DNA from: an uncultured Oscillospiraceae bacterium
GTDB taxonomy: Bacteria > Bacillota > Clostridia > Oscillospirales > Oscillospiraceae
DNA: 57,108 nt
Reading direction: 5' to 3'
Assembly (NCBI GenBank): GCA_964495965.1
Contig: CAZBXX010000001.1
Span: 1-57,108 of the forward strand
Within the stretch, counting starts at the first letter, position 1. Each line of letters starts with the position of its first letter. The notes below the pieces were generated by a model that did not search any database, was not told where the DNA came from, and worked only from the letters and a program-made list of their open reading frames with translations. The position numbers and the translations under genes are program-made. Of this stretch, positions 1-10,069 are shown piece after piece.

Positions 1-2
1 AC

Positions 3-902
3 GGCTTCAACGCCAATGTCGGCATCACCCTGACCAACGGCGGCACGATCATCGTGGTTCCGCAGCCGAAGCCGGACGCGCTGCTGGCGGAAATCGTGAA
101 GAACAAGCCCACCATCTTCGCGGCAGTTCCCGCCATGCTGATCGGCCTGCTGAACACCCCGCAGGTTCAGGCGGGTGAGGCGGATATCTCCTCGCTGAAG
201 GGCATCTTCTGCGGCTCGGCCCCGTGCCCGGTGGCGGTGATGGAGCAGCTGGAAGCCAAGACCGGCGCCACCATCGTAGAAGGCTACGGCATGAGCGAGA
301 CCTCGAACATCCTGACCATCAACCCGATGCACGTGCGCAAGGCGGGCTCCGTGGGCGTGGCCGTGCCGGATACCGACCTGGTGGTGGTCGACGCCGTGGA
401 CGGCAAAACCCCCGTGCCGCTGGGTGAGACGGGCGAGCTGATCTGCCGCGGGCCACAGGTCATGGAGAAGTACTGGGAGAACCCGGAAGCCACCGAGGCG
501 ACCATCCGGGACGGCTGGCTGTATACGGCCGACGTGGTTCTGATGGACGAAGACGGCTTTATCTTCATCAAGGACCGCAAAAAGGATATGATCATCGTCA
601 ACGGCTTCAACGTCTTCCCGCGTGAAATCGATGAAGCGATGTTCGCAAATCCCAAGGTCAAGGAAGCCTGCGCGGTCGGCATCATCCACCCGAAGAAGGG
701 TGAGGCGCCGGTCCTGTACACGGTGCTCAAGGAAGGCGAAGAGATGACCGCGGAGGAGGCGGAGAAGTATCTGCGCCAGTCCCTCGCCCCCTACAAGATT
801 CCCATTGCCTATGAGTTCATCAGCGAGCTGCCGCGCACGGCCGCCGGCAAGGCCGACCGCAAGGCGCTGAGCGCGATGTACAAGGAGAAGTACGGACTGT
901 GA
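3..902 (+). CDS. AMP-dependent acyl-CoA synthetase/ligase, C-terminal portion (5' end outside window)
   Basis: The reading frame is open from the window edge; track ORF 54..902 is the same frame. It carries adenylate-forming enzyme motifs 'EGYGMSETS', 'GWLYTADVVLMDEDGFIFIKDRKKDMIIVNGFNVFPREIDE' and 'LPRTAAGKADRKAL'. Confidence 0.85.
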   Translation, partial: GFNANVGITLTNGGTIIVVPQPKPDALLAEIVKNKPTIFAAVPAMLIGLLNTPQVQAGEADISSLKGIFCGSAPCPVAVMEQLEAKTGATIVEGYGMSETSNILTINPMHVRKAGSVGVAVPDTDLVVVDAVDGKTPVPLGETGELICRGPQVMEKYWENPEATEATIRDGWLYTADVVLMDEDGFIFIKDRKKDMIIVNGFNVFPREIDEAMFANPKVKEACAVGIIHPKKGEAPVLYTVLKEGEEMTAEEAEKYLRQSLAPYKIPIAYEFISELPRTAAGKADRKALSAMYKEKYGL

Positions 903-950
903 TGCTCCGCAGCCGGACAGCCGGCACGGAACAAAGACGGAGGAAACAAT

Positions 951-1727
951 ATGTTTGAAGGAAAATACTTCCTGTTCACGCTGGAAAAAGGCGTCGGCGT
1001 GCTGACGCTGAACCGGCCTCCCTACAACATCTTTGAAGCGGGCTTCTATGTGGAGCTGGGCGAGGTGGAAGACGTCTTAGCCGGGACGGAGGGAATCCGC
1101 TGCCTGATCATCAACGCAAACGGAAAATGCTTTTCTGCCGGCATCGACCTGAACTATCTTCAGGGTGTGAGCTCCGACTACGTGCTGGCGAAACTGCCCT
1201 GGCTGCAGAAAATCTACGGCTTCTGGCAGGAGCAGAACTATCCCGTGATCGCGGCGGTACAGGGCCTGTGCACCGGCTCGGGGTTGGAGTTCATCCTCGG
1301 CGCCGACATCCGCATCGCAGCCGAGGACGCACGCTTCTCGCTGCCTGAAGTTCAGCTGGGCCTTTCCCCTGACATGGGCGGAACTTCCAGGCTGACGCGC
1401 CTTGTTGGAATGGGGCAGGCCAAGCGCATGATCCTGACCGGCGAGGAAATCGATGCCCAGGAAGCGCTGCGCATCGGGCTGGTAGAAGCCGTTGTCCCGC
1501 CCGAGGAGCTGAACGCCCGTGCCATGAAGATGGCCAAGACCATCGCGCGCAGCCCCGCCGCGGCGGTGCGCTTCGCCAAGAAGGGCGTGAACCTCACCGA
1601 CGAGGGCGGCCTCTACGCCGGGCGCCTGTTTGAGCAGGCCCAGTCCACCTACTGCTGCGGCACCGAAGACCTGCAGAACGCCATCGCCGCCTATAAGGCG
1701 ATGCTCGCCGCGCGAAGCAAAAAGTAA
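951..1727 (+). CDS. enoyl-CoA hydratase/isomerase (crotonase superfamily)
   Basis: 258-aa ORF with a GGAGGA RBS. Crotonase-type motifs 'CFSAGIDL', 'GLCTGSGLEFILGADIRIA' and 'LPEVQLGLSPDMGGT' are present. Confidence 0.85.
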   Translation: MFEGKYFLFTLEKGVGVLTLNRPPYNIFEAGFYVELGEVEDVLAGTEGIRCLIINANGKCFSAGIDLNYLQGVSSDYVLAKLPWLQKIYGFWQEQNYPVIAAVQGLCTGSGLEFILGADIRIAAEDARFSLPEVQLGLSPDMGGTSRLTRLVGMGQAKRMILTGEEIDAQEALRIGLVEAVVPPEELNARAMKMAKTIARSPAAAVRFAKKGVNLTDEGGLYAGRLFEQAQSTYCCGTEDLQNAIAAYKAMLAARSKK

Positions 1728-1798
1728 ACCAGAGGACGGGCCGCCCGTAAAGCGGCCCGTCCGACAGCGGTAAAAAATGCAAAAGGAGGAATGTACAA

Positions 1799-3349
1799 AT
1801 GCCCAAATATGACATCGTCGTCGTAGGTGCCGGCAACTCCGGCATGTCCGCGGCGCTGCAATGTCAGCTGGCAGGAAAAAAGACGCTGCTGATTGAAAAG
1901 CACAATCTTCCCGGCGGCGCCGCCACAAGCTTTGTCCGCGGCCGCTTTGAGGTCGAGCCTTCCCTGCATGAGCTCTGCGATTTCGGCCCGGAGAATAACC
2001 CCGGCGATTCCCGCAGGATTCTGGAAGGCTACGGCGTCCACCTCAAGTGGTTTGAAGTGAAGGACTGCTTCCGCGTCATCTCGAAATACTCCGACGGAAG
2101 CCCCATGGACGTCACCATGCCGGCCGGCATTGACAACTTCATTGAGAAAATGGAGGAATATGTCCCCGGCTCCCGCGAGAAGATGACGAAGCTTTTCGAC
2201 CTCTTCCAGGAAGTGCTGGACGGCATTGCCTATATCACGGCATCCAAGGGCAATCCGGATTCCAAGGTGCTTCAGACCGATTACCCCGACATGCTGCGCT
2301 GCGGCGCCTACAGCACGCAGAAGGTGTTTGACGCCCTGAAACTGCCGAAAAAGTGCCAGGATATTCTCGCAACCTACTGGAGCTATCTGGGTGTGGATAT
2401 GGAACATCTGGCCTTCATCCACTATGCCGCGATGGTGCACAAATACGTGCAGCGCAGCGCGTATATTCCGGCCCACACCTCCCATGAGATGTCAACCGCC
2501 ATGATTGAGCGTTTCCGTGAGCTCGGCGGGGACGTGTGGTTCAACTGCCGCGCCGAGGAATTCCTGTTCAACGGCGACAGGCTCTGCGGCGTGCGCACCA
2601 ACCTCGGCGATATTGAGTGCGACTATGCCCTTGCCAACATCAACCCGGACATCATTTACGGCCGCATGATGCCGAAGGAGCTGATTCCCGAACGGGAAAA
2701 GAAGCTCTCCAATGCCCGCGGCAGGATCCTGGGCGGACGTATGTACACCGCCTACTTCTGCTGCGACGCGACACCCGAGGAACTCGGCATCACCGACTAC
2801 AGCTACTTCCTGCCCAGCACGGCAAACTCCGTAGTCGAGTACCAGCGTATCCAGGGCGGTATGAAAACCAACGATTATTCCATCTTCCTGTGCTACAACA
2901 TTGCCAATCCGGATTTCTCACCTCCGGGAACCTGCGTCTGCTCGTTTACCACTTTCGGCGCTCCCGACGAATGGGGCGAACTGAAACAGGAAGACTACTT
3001 CCGCTTTAAGAATGAAGGCGCGAAGAAGATGCTGAAGAGTCTGAAGGAAAAGACCGGCATCGACCTCAGCGGTCATATTGAGGAGATGGAAGTGGCCTCG
3101 CCGTGGACGTTTGCACGTTACCTCGGCGTGCCGGAAGGCTCGGTCTACGGCTATGAAGCCCGCGACTGGGACGGCATGATGGCACGTATGCAGATGATCG
3201 GCGATGACTATCCCATCAAGGGACTGCGCCCGATCGGCGCCGCCGGACCGCGCAGCGACGGCTATTCCGCCACCATCGTCTGCGGCCAGCTGATTGCGGG
3301 ATATGCACTGAGAGACCTGAAAGCCTGGAGTGAAGGAGGGAACAAGTAA
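1799..3349 (+). CDS. FAD-dependent oxidoreductase, phytoene-desaturase/amine-oxidase (CrtI/RetSat)-like
   Basis: 516-aa ORF with an AAAGGAGGA RBS. The N-terminal dinucleotide-binding fingerprint is 'DIVVVGAGNSGMSAAL..LAGKKTLLIEKHNLPGGAATSF'. Confidence 0.7.
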   Translation: MPKYDIVVVGAGNSGMSAALQCQLAGKKTLLIEKHNLPGGAATSFVRGRFEVEPSLHELCDFGPENNPGDSRRILEGYGVHLKWFEVKDCFRVISKYSDGSPMDVTMPAGIDNFIEKMEEYVPGSREKMTKLFDLFQEVLDGIAYITASKGNPDSKVLQTDYPDMLRCGAYSTQKVFDALKLPKKCQDILATYWSYLGVDMEHLAFIHYAAMVHKYVQRSAYIPAHTSHEMSTAMIERFRELGGDVWFNCRAEEFLFNGDRLCGVRTNLGDIECDYALANINPDIIYGRMMPKELIPEREKKLSNARGRILGGRMYTAYFCCDATPEELGITDYSYFLPSTANSVVEYQRIQGGMKTNDYSIFLCYNIANPDFSPPGTCVCSFTTFGAPDEWGELKQEDYFRFKNEGAKKMLKSLKEKTGIDLSGHIEEMEVASPWTFARYLGVPEGSVYGYEARDWDGMMARMQMIGDDYPIKGLRPIGAAGPRSDGYSATIVCGQLIAGYALRDLKAWSEGGNK

Positions 3350-4563
3350 TGCCTGATCTGAAAATCAAAGTCGGACTGATCGGCAAGTTCGACATGCTCA
3401 AATTCAAGAACATGAAGAAGGTCCGTGAAAAGGCCATCCAGGCTGCATCCGCCGATGAAATCAGCGGGGTTTTCCCCGTCAATGAGAATGCGAAAGCCCT
3501 GCACCCGGACTTTCTGGAACTGGTCATTGACCGCATCGCGGACCGCGGCGGCGCACAGGCCAAAACCTTCGTTCTGAAACGCAGCGACGGCGCACCGCTG
3601 CCCTACTTCCGCGCCGGGCAGTACATCTCCCTGAAGCTGCCCATGGACGGAAGCTTTGTCACGCGCTCCTACTCCCTCTGCTCCTCCCCGAAGGAGGCAC
3701 TGGCGGGCGAATACGCCATTACCGTGCGCGCCAACCCCGGCGGCTTCGTGGCAGACCGCCTGCTGGAGGAGAAGAAGCCGGGTGATACCGTCATTGCCTC
3801 AGGGCCTCAGGGATTCTTCTATTACGAAGACCTGCGCGATGAGAAGAATATCATCGGCCTCGCCGGCGGCTCGGGCATCACGCCCTTCCTGTCCATGGCA
3901 CGGGCGCTTGCAGACGGGATTGAGGATTTCAATCTGACGCTGCTCTTCGGTTCCCGGGATGAGGACAACATTCTGTTCCGCGGCGAACTGGATGAGCTTG
4001 CCCGCGTCTGCCCGAAGTTCAAAGTGATCCATGTTCTCTCGGAAGAGGAGAACCCCGGCTTTGAACACGGCTTTATCACGGCGGAACTCATCAAAAAGTA
4101 TGCCCCGGCAGATGAGGCATTCTCCGTCTTCCTCTGCGGGCCGGAAGCCATGTACAAGTTCCTGAAACCGGAAATTGAAAAGCTGGGCCTGCCGGAGCGC
4201 CTGTTCCGCCGCAAGCTCATTGACGTCACCAAGACGCCCTGGGAATGCGAAGGTTATCCGCAGGAAGTGAAAGGCAGCCAGTTCACCATTCTGGTAAAAC
4301 AGGGGCCGCAGGAATGGACCATTCCCGCTTCGGCCGACGAGCCGGTTCTGGTCGCCATCGAGCGCGCCGGCATCAAGGCTCCGTCCCGCTGCCGTGCCGG
4401 TGAGTGCGGCTGGTGCCGTTCCCGCCTGCTGGAGGGCACGGTATTCATCCCGCAGGAGAACGAGATGCGCCGCTGGGCCGATATCCACTACGGATACATC
4501 CATCCCTGCTGCAGCTTCCCGACCAGTGATCTGACGCTGGAGATTCCGGGCGAGTTCTTTTAA
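3349..4563 (+). CDS. FNR-family flavoprotein reductase with C-terminal 2Fe-2S ferredoxin domain
   Basis: The start overlaps the upstream stop (TAATG). It has the 'RSYSL' FAD motif, the 'GLAGGSGITPF' NAD(P) motif and a C-terminal 'CRAGECGWCRS...CC' plant-type 2Fe-2S cysteine pattern. Confidence 0.75.
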   Translation: MPDLKIKVGLIGKFDMLKFKNMKKVREKAIQAASADEISGVFPVNENAKALHPDFLELVIDRIADRGGAQAKTFVLKRSDGAPLPYFRAGQYISLKLPMDGSFVTRSYSLCSSPKEALAGEYAITVRANPGGFVADRLLEEKKPGDTVIASGPQGFFYYEDLRDEKNIIGLAGGSGITPFLSMARALADGIEDFNLTLLFGSRDEDNILFRGELDELARVCPKFKVIHVLSEEENPGFEHGFITAELIKKYAPADEAFSVFLCGPEAMYKFLKPEIEKLGLPERLFRRKLIDVTKTPWECEGYPQEVKGSQFTILVKQGPQEWTIPASADEPVLVAIERAGIKAPSRCRAGECGWCRSRLLEGTVFIPQENEMRRWADIHYGYIHPCCSFPTSDLTLEIPGEFF

Positions 4564-4629
4564 GTCAAACGCGGACAGGGACAGTTCAGGCTGCTCCCTG
4601 TCCTTTTTCTCATTGAGGGGGAATAACGA

Positions 4630-7311
4630 ATGCCGCACAGACCCAATATTCTGAAACTTGCAACAAAAATCAGCCTGGAAAGCCTGACCTACACCGGTAT
4701 CACCTACAACGATCCGGAGTATAAGATCCTGGAGCCGATCGTCGATGACGACATGTGCGAAGTCATGATGCACATGCGACTAGAAGCCAACCGCACCGCC
4801 GAGGAAATCGCGCGGCGGGCAAAGAAAGATCTGGACTTCACCCTCGAGCAGCTGAACAAGCTGCGCAAGGCGGGCGTGATCCGCACCCGCATGGTTGACG
4901 GAAAGGAATGCTGGTACTATCCCATCTGGGTGCCCGGCATCATGGAAGGCGTGCTCTCCAACCGCGAGCAGTGCGACAAGTACCCGGTGCTCGGCGAATG
5001 CTTTGAGGCTTATACCCGGGTGCGCGTTTCCATGCTTGCCCCGTTCATGGACGTCGGCATGAACCTGATGCGTGTCATCCCGGTGCAGAGCGCAATTGAA
5101 AACAACACCCGCAAGGCGAGCTACGACGAAGTGGCAAGAATCATTGACGACGCATGGGCCGTATCGGTGGGGCCATGTTCCTGCCGGCGTGCCAGAAGGC
5201 TGATGGGCGAAGGCTGCGGCCATCTGGAAGAAGACATGTGCATGTACGTCAACGACAACGCCGTGAACTACTCCGAGACTGGCGCCCACCGTCTGATCAG
5301 CAAGGAAGAGGCTTTTGAGATTCTCAAGCGCGCCGAGGACAACGGCCTCGTGCACGAACTGAACGTGACGCCCGGCTACGACGATACCACCGCCATCTGC
5401 AACTGCTGCGGCTGTTCGTGCTTCGCGCTGCGCATCGCCACCTACTTCCGCGCGCCGGATGCGATCCGCACCAACTACATTGCCCGCGTGGACAAGGAAA
5501 AGTGCGTCGCCTGCGGGCAGTGCGTGGAAAACTGCCAGCTGAACGCCGTCCGCCTCGGCCAGAAGCTCTGCGACCGTCCCGCGAACGAGGGCCGCCCTGC
5601 CGATACCCCGCGCGATACGCTGTGGTCCAGCAAGCGCTACAATGCCGACTACCGCCTGAACCGCACCGATGTGATGCCAGAGGGCACAGCCCCCTGCAAG
5701 TCCGCATGTCCGGCGCACGTGCCCGTGCAGGGCTACATCAAGCTTGCCTCAGAAGGCCGCTATGCCGAGGCGCTGGAGCTCATCAAGAAGGAACTCCCCT
5801 TCCCGGCTGTCTGCGGGCGCATCTGCAACAAGAAGTGCGAGGAAGCCTGCACCCGCGGCGAGATGGACGCGCCCGTTGCCATCGATGAAATCAAAAAGTT
5901 CATCGCCGAGCAGGAGCTGAAAGCGGACAAACGCTACGTTCCGAAGATGGTGAACCAGATCGGCAAACCCTACCCGGAGAAGATTGCCGTGATCGGCGCG
6001 GGCCCCGCCGGCCTGAGCTGCGCCTACTACCTGGCGTTGAAGGGCTATCCCGTCACCGTATATGAAAAGGAGCAGGAACCCGGCGGCATGCTGACGCTGG
6101 GGATTCCTTCCTTCCGTCTGGAAAAAGACGTCATCCGCAGTGAAATCGATATTCTGCGCGAACTCGGCGTCGGCTTCAAAACCGGCGTTGAAGTCGGCAA
6201 AGATGTGACGCTGGATGATCTGCGGAAGGAAGGCTTCAAGGCGTTCTACCTTGCGGTCGGCGCTTCAAAGGGTGCAAAACTGAACATTCCGGGCGAGGAT
6301 CTGCCCGGCGTGAGCACCGGAATCGACTTCCTGCGCTGCGTGAACCGTGGCGAGCGCCCCGAAATCGGCAGTGATGTCGCCGTCATCGGCGGCGGCAACG
6401 TGGCGATGGATGTGGCGCGGGCCGCCGTGCGCCTCGGTGCGAAGGTCACCGTGTACTACCGCAGAAGCGAGGCCGAAATGCCGGCCGACCGGGATGAACT
6501 GCGGGAGGCCATGGACGAGGGCGTGCAGTTCCGCTTCCTGACGGCGCCGGTCGAAATCGGCGACGCGGGCGGAGCCCTGAGCCTGAAGCTGGAACGCATG
6601 GAGCTCGGCGCCGAAGATGCGAAGGGCCGCAGCAGCGTGACCGGAACCGGCGAATTTGAGACCGTCCCCGTTACGGCAGTGCTGAGCGCCACCGGGCAGA
6701 AGGTTGACCTCGGCGGCATTGAAGTTCCGGTCGGAGCGCATGGCACTGTGGAAGCCGACCCCCTCACCTGTCAGACCAGAGTTCCCGACGTCTTTGCCGG
6801 GGGCGACGCGGTGACCGGGCCGCAGTTCGTCATTGACGCCATTGCGGCAGGCAAGGAAGCCGCCGTCTCGATCCACCGCTTTGTGCACGCCGGCCAGACG
6901 CTGAATCTCGGCCGCGACCACCATGACTATAAGCCCTTCGATAAATCAACCGTTCAGATCGGTCTCGGCGGCTTTGACCGCGCCCCGCGGCAGCGCCCGG
7001 CGACAGCATCCGGCGAGGAGGCAAAAACCAGCTTCAACGATCTGCGGCGAACCTTTACCGAGGAGCAGATGAAAGCGGAGTGCGGCCGCTGCCTCGGCTG
7101 CGGCACGGCGGTAGTGGACAGCTACATGTGCGTCGGCTGCGGCGTCTGCACCACCAAGTGCAGGTTTGACGCCATCCACCTGGAGAAGATTCATAACGCG
7201 GACAACCAGGAGTACTTCCATACGCTCGGGCGTATTGTGAAGAATGTCCCGAAGATCGGCGTCAACGTTGTGAAAAAGCAGATCGGAAAGTACGGAGGAG
7301 GCCATGCATGA
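4630..7311 (+). CDS. multidomain Fe-S flavoprotein (Cys-rich N-domain, 4Fe-4S ferredoxin motifs, GltD/pyridine-nucleotide-disulfide oxidoreductase-like core)
   Basis: 893-aa ORF. It carries 'CVACGQCVENC' and 'CVGCGVCTTKC' ferredoxin motifs and 'CGRICNKKCEEAC'. Two Rossmann fingerprints are present: 'KIAVIGAGPAGLSCAYYL..YEKEQEPGG' and 'VAVIGGGNVAMDVA'. Confidence 0.7.
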   Translation: MPHRPNILKLATKISLESLTYTGITYNDPEYKILEPIVDDDMCEVMMHMRLEANRTAEEIARRAKKDLDFTLEQLNKLRKAGVIRTRMVDGKECWYYPIWVPGIMEGVLSNREQCDKYPVLGECFEAYTRVRVSMLAPFMDVGMNLMRVIPVQSAIENNTRKASYDEVARIIDDAWAVSVGPCSCRRARRLMGEGCGHLEEDMCMYVNDNAVNYSETGAHRLISKEEAFEILKRAEDNGLVHELNVTPGYDDTTAICNCCGCSCFALRIATYFRAPDAIRTNYIARVDKEKCVACGQCVENCQLNAVRLGQKLCDRPANEGRPADTPRDTLWSSKRYNADYRLNRTDVMPEGTAPCKSACPAHVPVQGYIKLASEGRYAEALELIKKELPFPAVCGRICNKKCEEACTRGEMDAPVAIDEIKKFIAEQELKADKRYVPKMVNQIGKPYPEKIAVIGAGPAGLSCAYYLALKGYPVTVYEKEQEPGGMLTLGIPSFRLEKDVIRSEIDILRELGVGFKTGVEVGKDVTLDDLRKEGFKAFYLAVGASKGAKLNIPGEDLPGVSTGIDFLRCVNRGERPEIGSDVAVIGGGNVAMDVARAAVRLGAKVTVYYRRSEAEMPADRDELREAMDEGVQFRFLTAPVEIGDAGGALSLKLERMELGAEDAKGRSSVTGTGEFETVPVTAVLSATGQKVDLGGIEVPVGAHGTVEADPLTCQTRVPDVFAGGDAVTGPQFVIDAIAAGKEAAVSIHRFVHAGQTLNLGRDHHDYKPFDKSTVQIGLGGFDRAPRQRPATASGEEAKTSFNDLRRTFTEEQMKAECGRCLGCGTAVVDSYMCVGCGVCTTKCRFDAIHLEKIHNADNQEYFHTLGRIVKNVPKIGVNVVKKQIGKYGGGHA

Positions 7312-7681
7312 AATCGGTCTTCTGCGGCAGCTGGTTCGGACGGTAACCGCCTTTGCGGCGGAACACAGCATCCCTGCTGTTGCAGAGGTTACGGTGGACT
7401 GCGGCGAGCTGTCTCTGGTCATTCCGGAATACCTGCAGGAGCTTTATCCCGTTGCAACAAAAGGCAGCATGCTGGAAGGCACCCGGCTGAATATAAATAT
7501 CATTCCCGGTCTTGCAGAATGCGATGCATGTGACGAGATCTTCAACGTTATTGAATGCCGGGGTACCTGCCCCAACTGCGGCAGCTTTGAAAAGACCGTA
7601 CTCAGCGGGAAGGAATTCAGCATCAGGGAGATTGTTGTTCCGGAGCAGGCGGATGCGCATTCCGATCACGCCTCCGGTTAA
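7304..7681 (+). CDS. hypA: HypA-like metallochaperone (Ni/Zn-binding hydrogenase maturation factor family)
   Basis: 125-aa ORF beginning 'MHE', the HypA N-terminal metal motif. Paired CxxC motifs 'CDACD...CPNCG' are present, with a GGAGGAGG RBS and an 8-nt overlap with the upstream gene. Confidence 0.6.
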   Translation: MHEIGLLRQLVRTVTAFAAEHSIPAVAEVTVDCGELSLVIPEYLQELYPVATKGSMLEGTRLNINIIPGLAECDACDEIFNVIECRGTCPNCGSFEKTVLSGKEFSIREIVVPEQADAHSDHASG

Positions 7682-7761
7682 AACCGGTCCTGATCGCGCC
7701 CGGTAATCATGATTTGATGAGATCAGCAAAAACTCTTAAAATTTGAAGGAGGTTATTCATT

Positions 7762-8340
7762 ATGGCAAAAAAAGTACTGTTGCTCTGCGGTGACTTCACC
7801 GAGGACTACGAAACCATGGTTCCGTTCCAGGCACTGGGTGTGCTGGGATACCAGGTGGATGCGGTCTGCCCGGACAAGAAGGCGGGCGAAACCGTTGCCA
7901 CCGCCGTCCACGATTTTCTGGGTGAGCAGACCTATACCGAGCTCCGCGGCCACAACTTCGCACTGACTGCGGACTTCGATGCCGTAAAGACGGATGATTA
8001 TGAGGGCCTGTTTATTACCGGCGGACGGGCGCCCGAGTATATCCGGCTGAACGCGCGTGTGCTGGAGATTGTACAAGAGTTTTTCGCAGCCCGCAAACCG
8101 GTTGCCGCCATCTGCCACGGGCCGCAGGTGCTTGCGGCAGCAGGGGTGCTGACGGGCTACCGCGCAACGGCATATCCCGCAGTCGGCCCGGACGTCACCC
8201 TTGCCGGCGGCACCTATGTCCCGGTGAACGTGGATGAAGCTGTGGTGGACCGCAATCTGGTAACCGCTCCGGCATGGCCGGGTGATACCGCCATTGTCCG
8301 CGAGTTTGCAAAACTGATGGGCGCAAAGATCGAAATCTGA
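7762..8340 (+). CDS. DJ-1/PfpI family protein (intracellular protease/amidase type)
   Basis: 192-aa ORF with a GAAGGAGG RBS. The nucleophile-elbow motif '[14 protein letters not shown]' and 'ITGGRAPEY' are present. Confidence 0.85.
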   Translation: MAKKVLLLCGDFTEDYETMVPFQALGVLGYQVDAVCPDKKAGETVATAVHDFLGEQTYTELRGHNFALTADFDAVKTDDYEGLFITGGRAPEYIRLNARVLEIVQEFFAARKPVAAICHGPQVLAAAGVLTGYRATAYPAVGPDVTLAGGTYVPVNVDEAVVDRNLVTAPAWPGDTAIVREFAKLMGAKIEI

Positions 8341-8446
8341 GCGCAGGCCGCGCAAAGACGGAGAGTAACATGAACCTGCCGGGAGGATTCCCGTCAGCCG
8401 GAAAGCCATGTAATCCGCATACAGCGATTTAAAGTTCCCGTAAAAA

Positions 8447-8497
8447 AGAACGACGCAAACGGACTCGACAGCCCCTGCGTCGTTCTTTTCTTTTTCG
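8447..8497 (+). terminator. intrinsic terminator, probably bidirectional
   Basis: An 11-bp stem pairs AGAACGACGCA (8447-8457) with TGCGTCGTTCT (8476-8486). A T-run follows, and an A-run precedes it, giving a T-run on the other strand. It lies between two convergent genes. Confidence 0.55.
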
Positions 8498-8617
8498 ATA
8501 AGTCAGAGATCGCCTCAAACGGATGAAGATGCAGCTTATCATGGCGCCAGACTGTCTCTTCCATCCCACCGGCAACAAAGCCGCACCCACCCCTGAGGCA
8601 ACGGCAGCCTTCGCTGT

Positions 8618-9247
8618 TCAGCGGATAAAGTCCGTATAGATGAAAGGCTCACCTTCCGGGAACGGCAGCCCGGATTCTTTCCCGTTTTCAATCAGCTTCA
8701 GCATCCACGCCATGTTCTTTCCCAGCCTGCGCATGGTCTGCAGGCCTTCCAGGTCCTGCTCCACATCCGCCGGGCTGTAGCCGTGTACATTGTTCCAGTA
8801 CTGCGACGTGACGACCGGCATCTGCTTGATGGCAAAGTACTGGTTCAGCCGCTGGAATGCGGCGGTGGTGCCGCTGCGGCGCGCGCTGATGACCGCTGCG
8901 GCAGGCTTCCCGTACAGGGTGTTCCCGCCGGAGTAGAACACACGGTCCAGCAGGGCACAGAGTGCGCCGTTCACCCCGGAATAATACACAGGGGAACCGA
9001 TGACGATGCCGTCCGCTTCCTGCATGAGCGCCAGCATGGCATTTGCGGGGTCGTCATTGTGGACGCACCGGCCAAGTTTTACACAGGCATCACAGCCGTT
9101 GCAGCCGTGGACGGATCCGCTTCCAATCTGGAAGATCTGCGTCTCGATTCCCTCTTCCCGCAGGGCGGCTGCCACTTCGGTCAGGGCGCGGTTGGTGCAG
9201 CCGTTTTCATTCGGGCTGCCGTTAATCAGCAGGACTTTCACCGGCAT
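8618..9247 (-). CDS. flavodoxin-like NAD(P)H-dependent FMN reductase / iron-sulfur flavoprotein (Isf-like)
   Basis: 209-aa ORF with 'VLLINGSPNENGCT' and a compact Cys cluster 'CNGCDACVKLGRC' (CX2CX2CX5C), as in Isf-type flavoproteins. Confidence 0.75.
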   Translation of the reverse strand: MPVKVLLINGSPNENGCTNRALTEVAAALREEGIETQIFQIGSGSVHGCNGCDACVKLGRCVHNDDPANAMLALMQEADGIVIGSPVYYSGVNGALCALLDRVFYSGGNTLYGKPAAAVISARRSGTTAAFQRLNQYFAIKQMPVVTSQYWNNVHGYSPADVEQDLEGLQTMRRLGKNMAWMLKLIENGKESGLPFPEGEPFIYTDFIR

Positions 9248-9256
9248 TCTCCCCTC

Positions 9257-10030
9257 TCAGGCAGTCTCACAGCCGGTTTCCCGGCGGAACTGCGCCGTGA
9301 GTTCCTGGAAGGCGTTGATGAATACGGATGCATCAAGGCTGTAGGTAATGCTGTCGAAGCCCCTGCGCGCCCAGTATACGGCGTTCTCCATGCTGCCCGC
9401 GAAAATGTAGGACTCTTTGCCTGCGTCACGGCAGGCCTTCAGTACGCGCTCAATGGCCCGATGCAGCAGGGGGTTCTCGAATTCCAGCGGGATGCCGAGT
9501 GCGATGGAAAGGTCGCATGGGCCGACGAATATGCCGTCCACCCCCGGCAGGGCCGCGATTTCCTCAATGTGATCCAGCGCCTCCGCCGTCTCACACTGGG
9601 GGATTACCTTGCAGCGGCGGTTGCACTCCGCCATATAGGCCATCACGTCCTTTGACCACGCATCCACGCCCCAGCCGGTGGTGCGGGTCGGGCAGTAGCC
9701 GCGGTTTCCGACGGGCGGAAACTTTGCGGCCGAGACCAGCTGTTTCACTTCATCGACCGTACGGATGTTCGGGACAATCAGGCCGCGGGCGCCGATATCC
9801 AGCATGCGCAGCACGTACGGACGGCGGATGTCGCCGATGCGCACGAACGGGAGCAGGTTTCCCCTCTCCGCCGCCAGGATGGCATCGGCCGTGGTCTCCT
9901 CGGAGAGGCATCCGTGTTCGGTGTCGATGATGACGTAGTCGATGCCGGTACGGGTCAGGCTTTCCATCACGCCCCTGCCGCCCAGCTCATAAAAGGTGCC
10001 TAAAGTCTTCTTCTGTTTTTGTTCTGGCAT
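9257..10030 (-). CDS. HpcH/HpaI family aldolase
   Basis: 257-aa ORF with a TIM-barrel aldolase-like sequence ('DYVIIDTEHG', 'LIVPNIRTVDEVKQLV', 'VIPQCETAEALDHIEEIAALPGVDGIFVGPCDLS'). Confidence 0.7.
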   Translation of the reverse strand: MPEQKQKKTLGTFYELGGRGVMESLTRTGIDYVIIDTEHGCLSEETTADAILAAERGNLLPFVRIGDIRRPYVLRMLDIGARGLIVPNIRTVDEVKQLVSAAKFPPVGNRGYCPTRTTGWGVDAWSKDVMAYMAECNRRCKVIPQCETAEALDHIEEIAALPGVDGIFVGPCDLSIALGIPLEFENPLLHRAIERVLKACRDAGKESYIFAGSMENAVYWARRGFDSITYSLDASVFINAFQELTAQFRRETGCETA

Positions 10031-10069
10031 ATCTGCCGCCTCCCTTTCCGGATTGGGGTTCCGCTGTGG

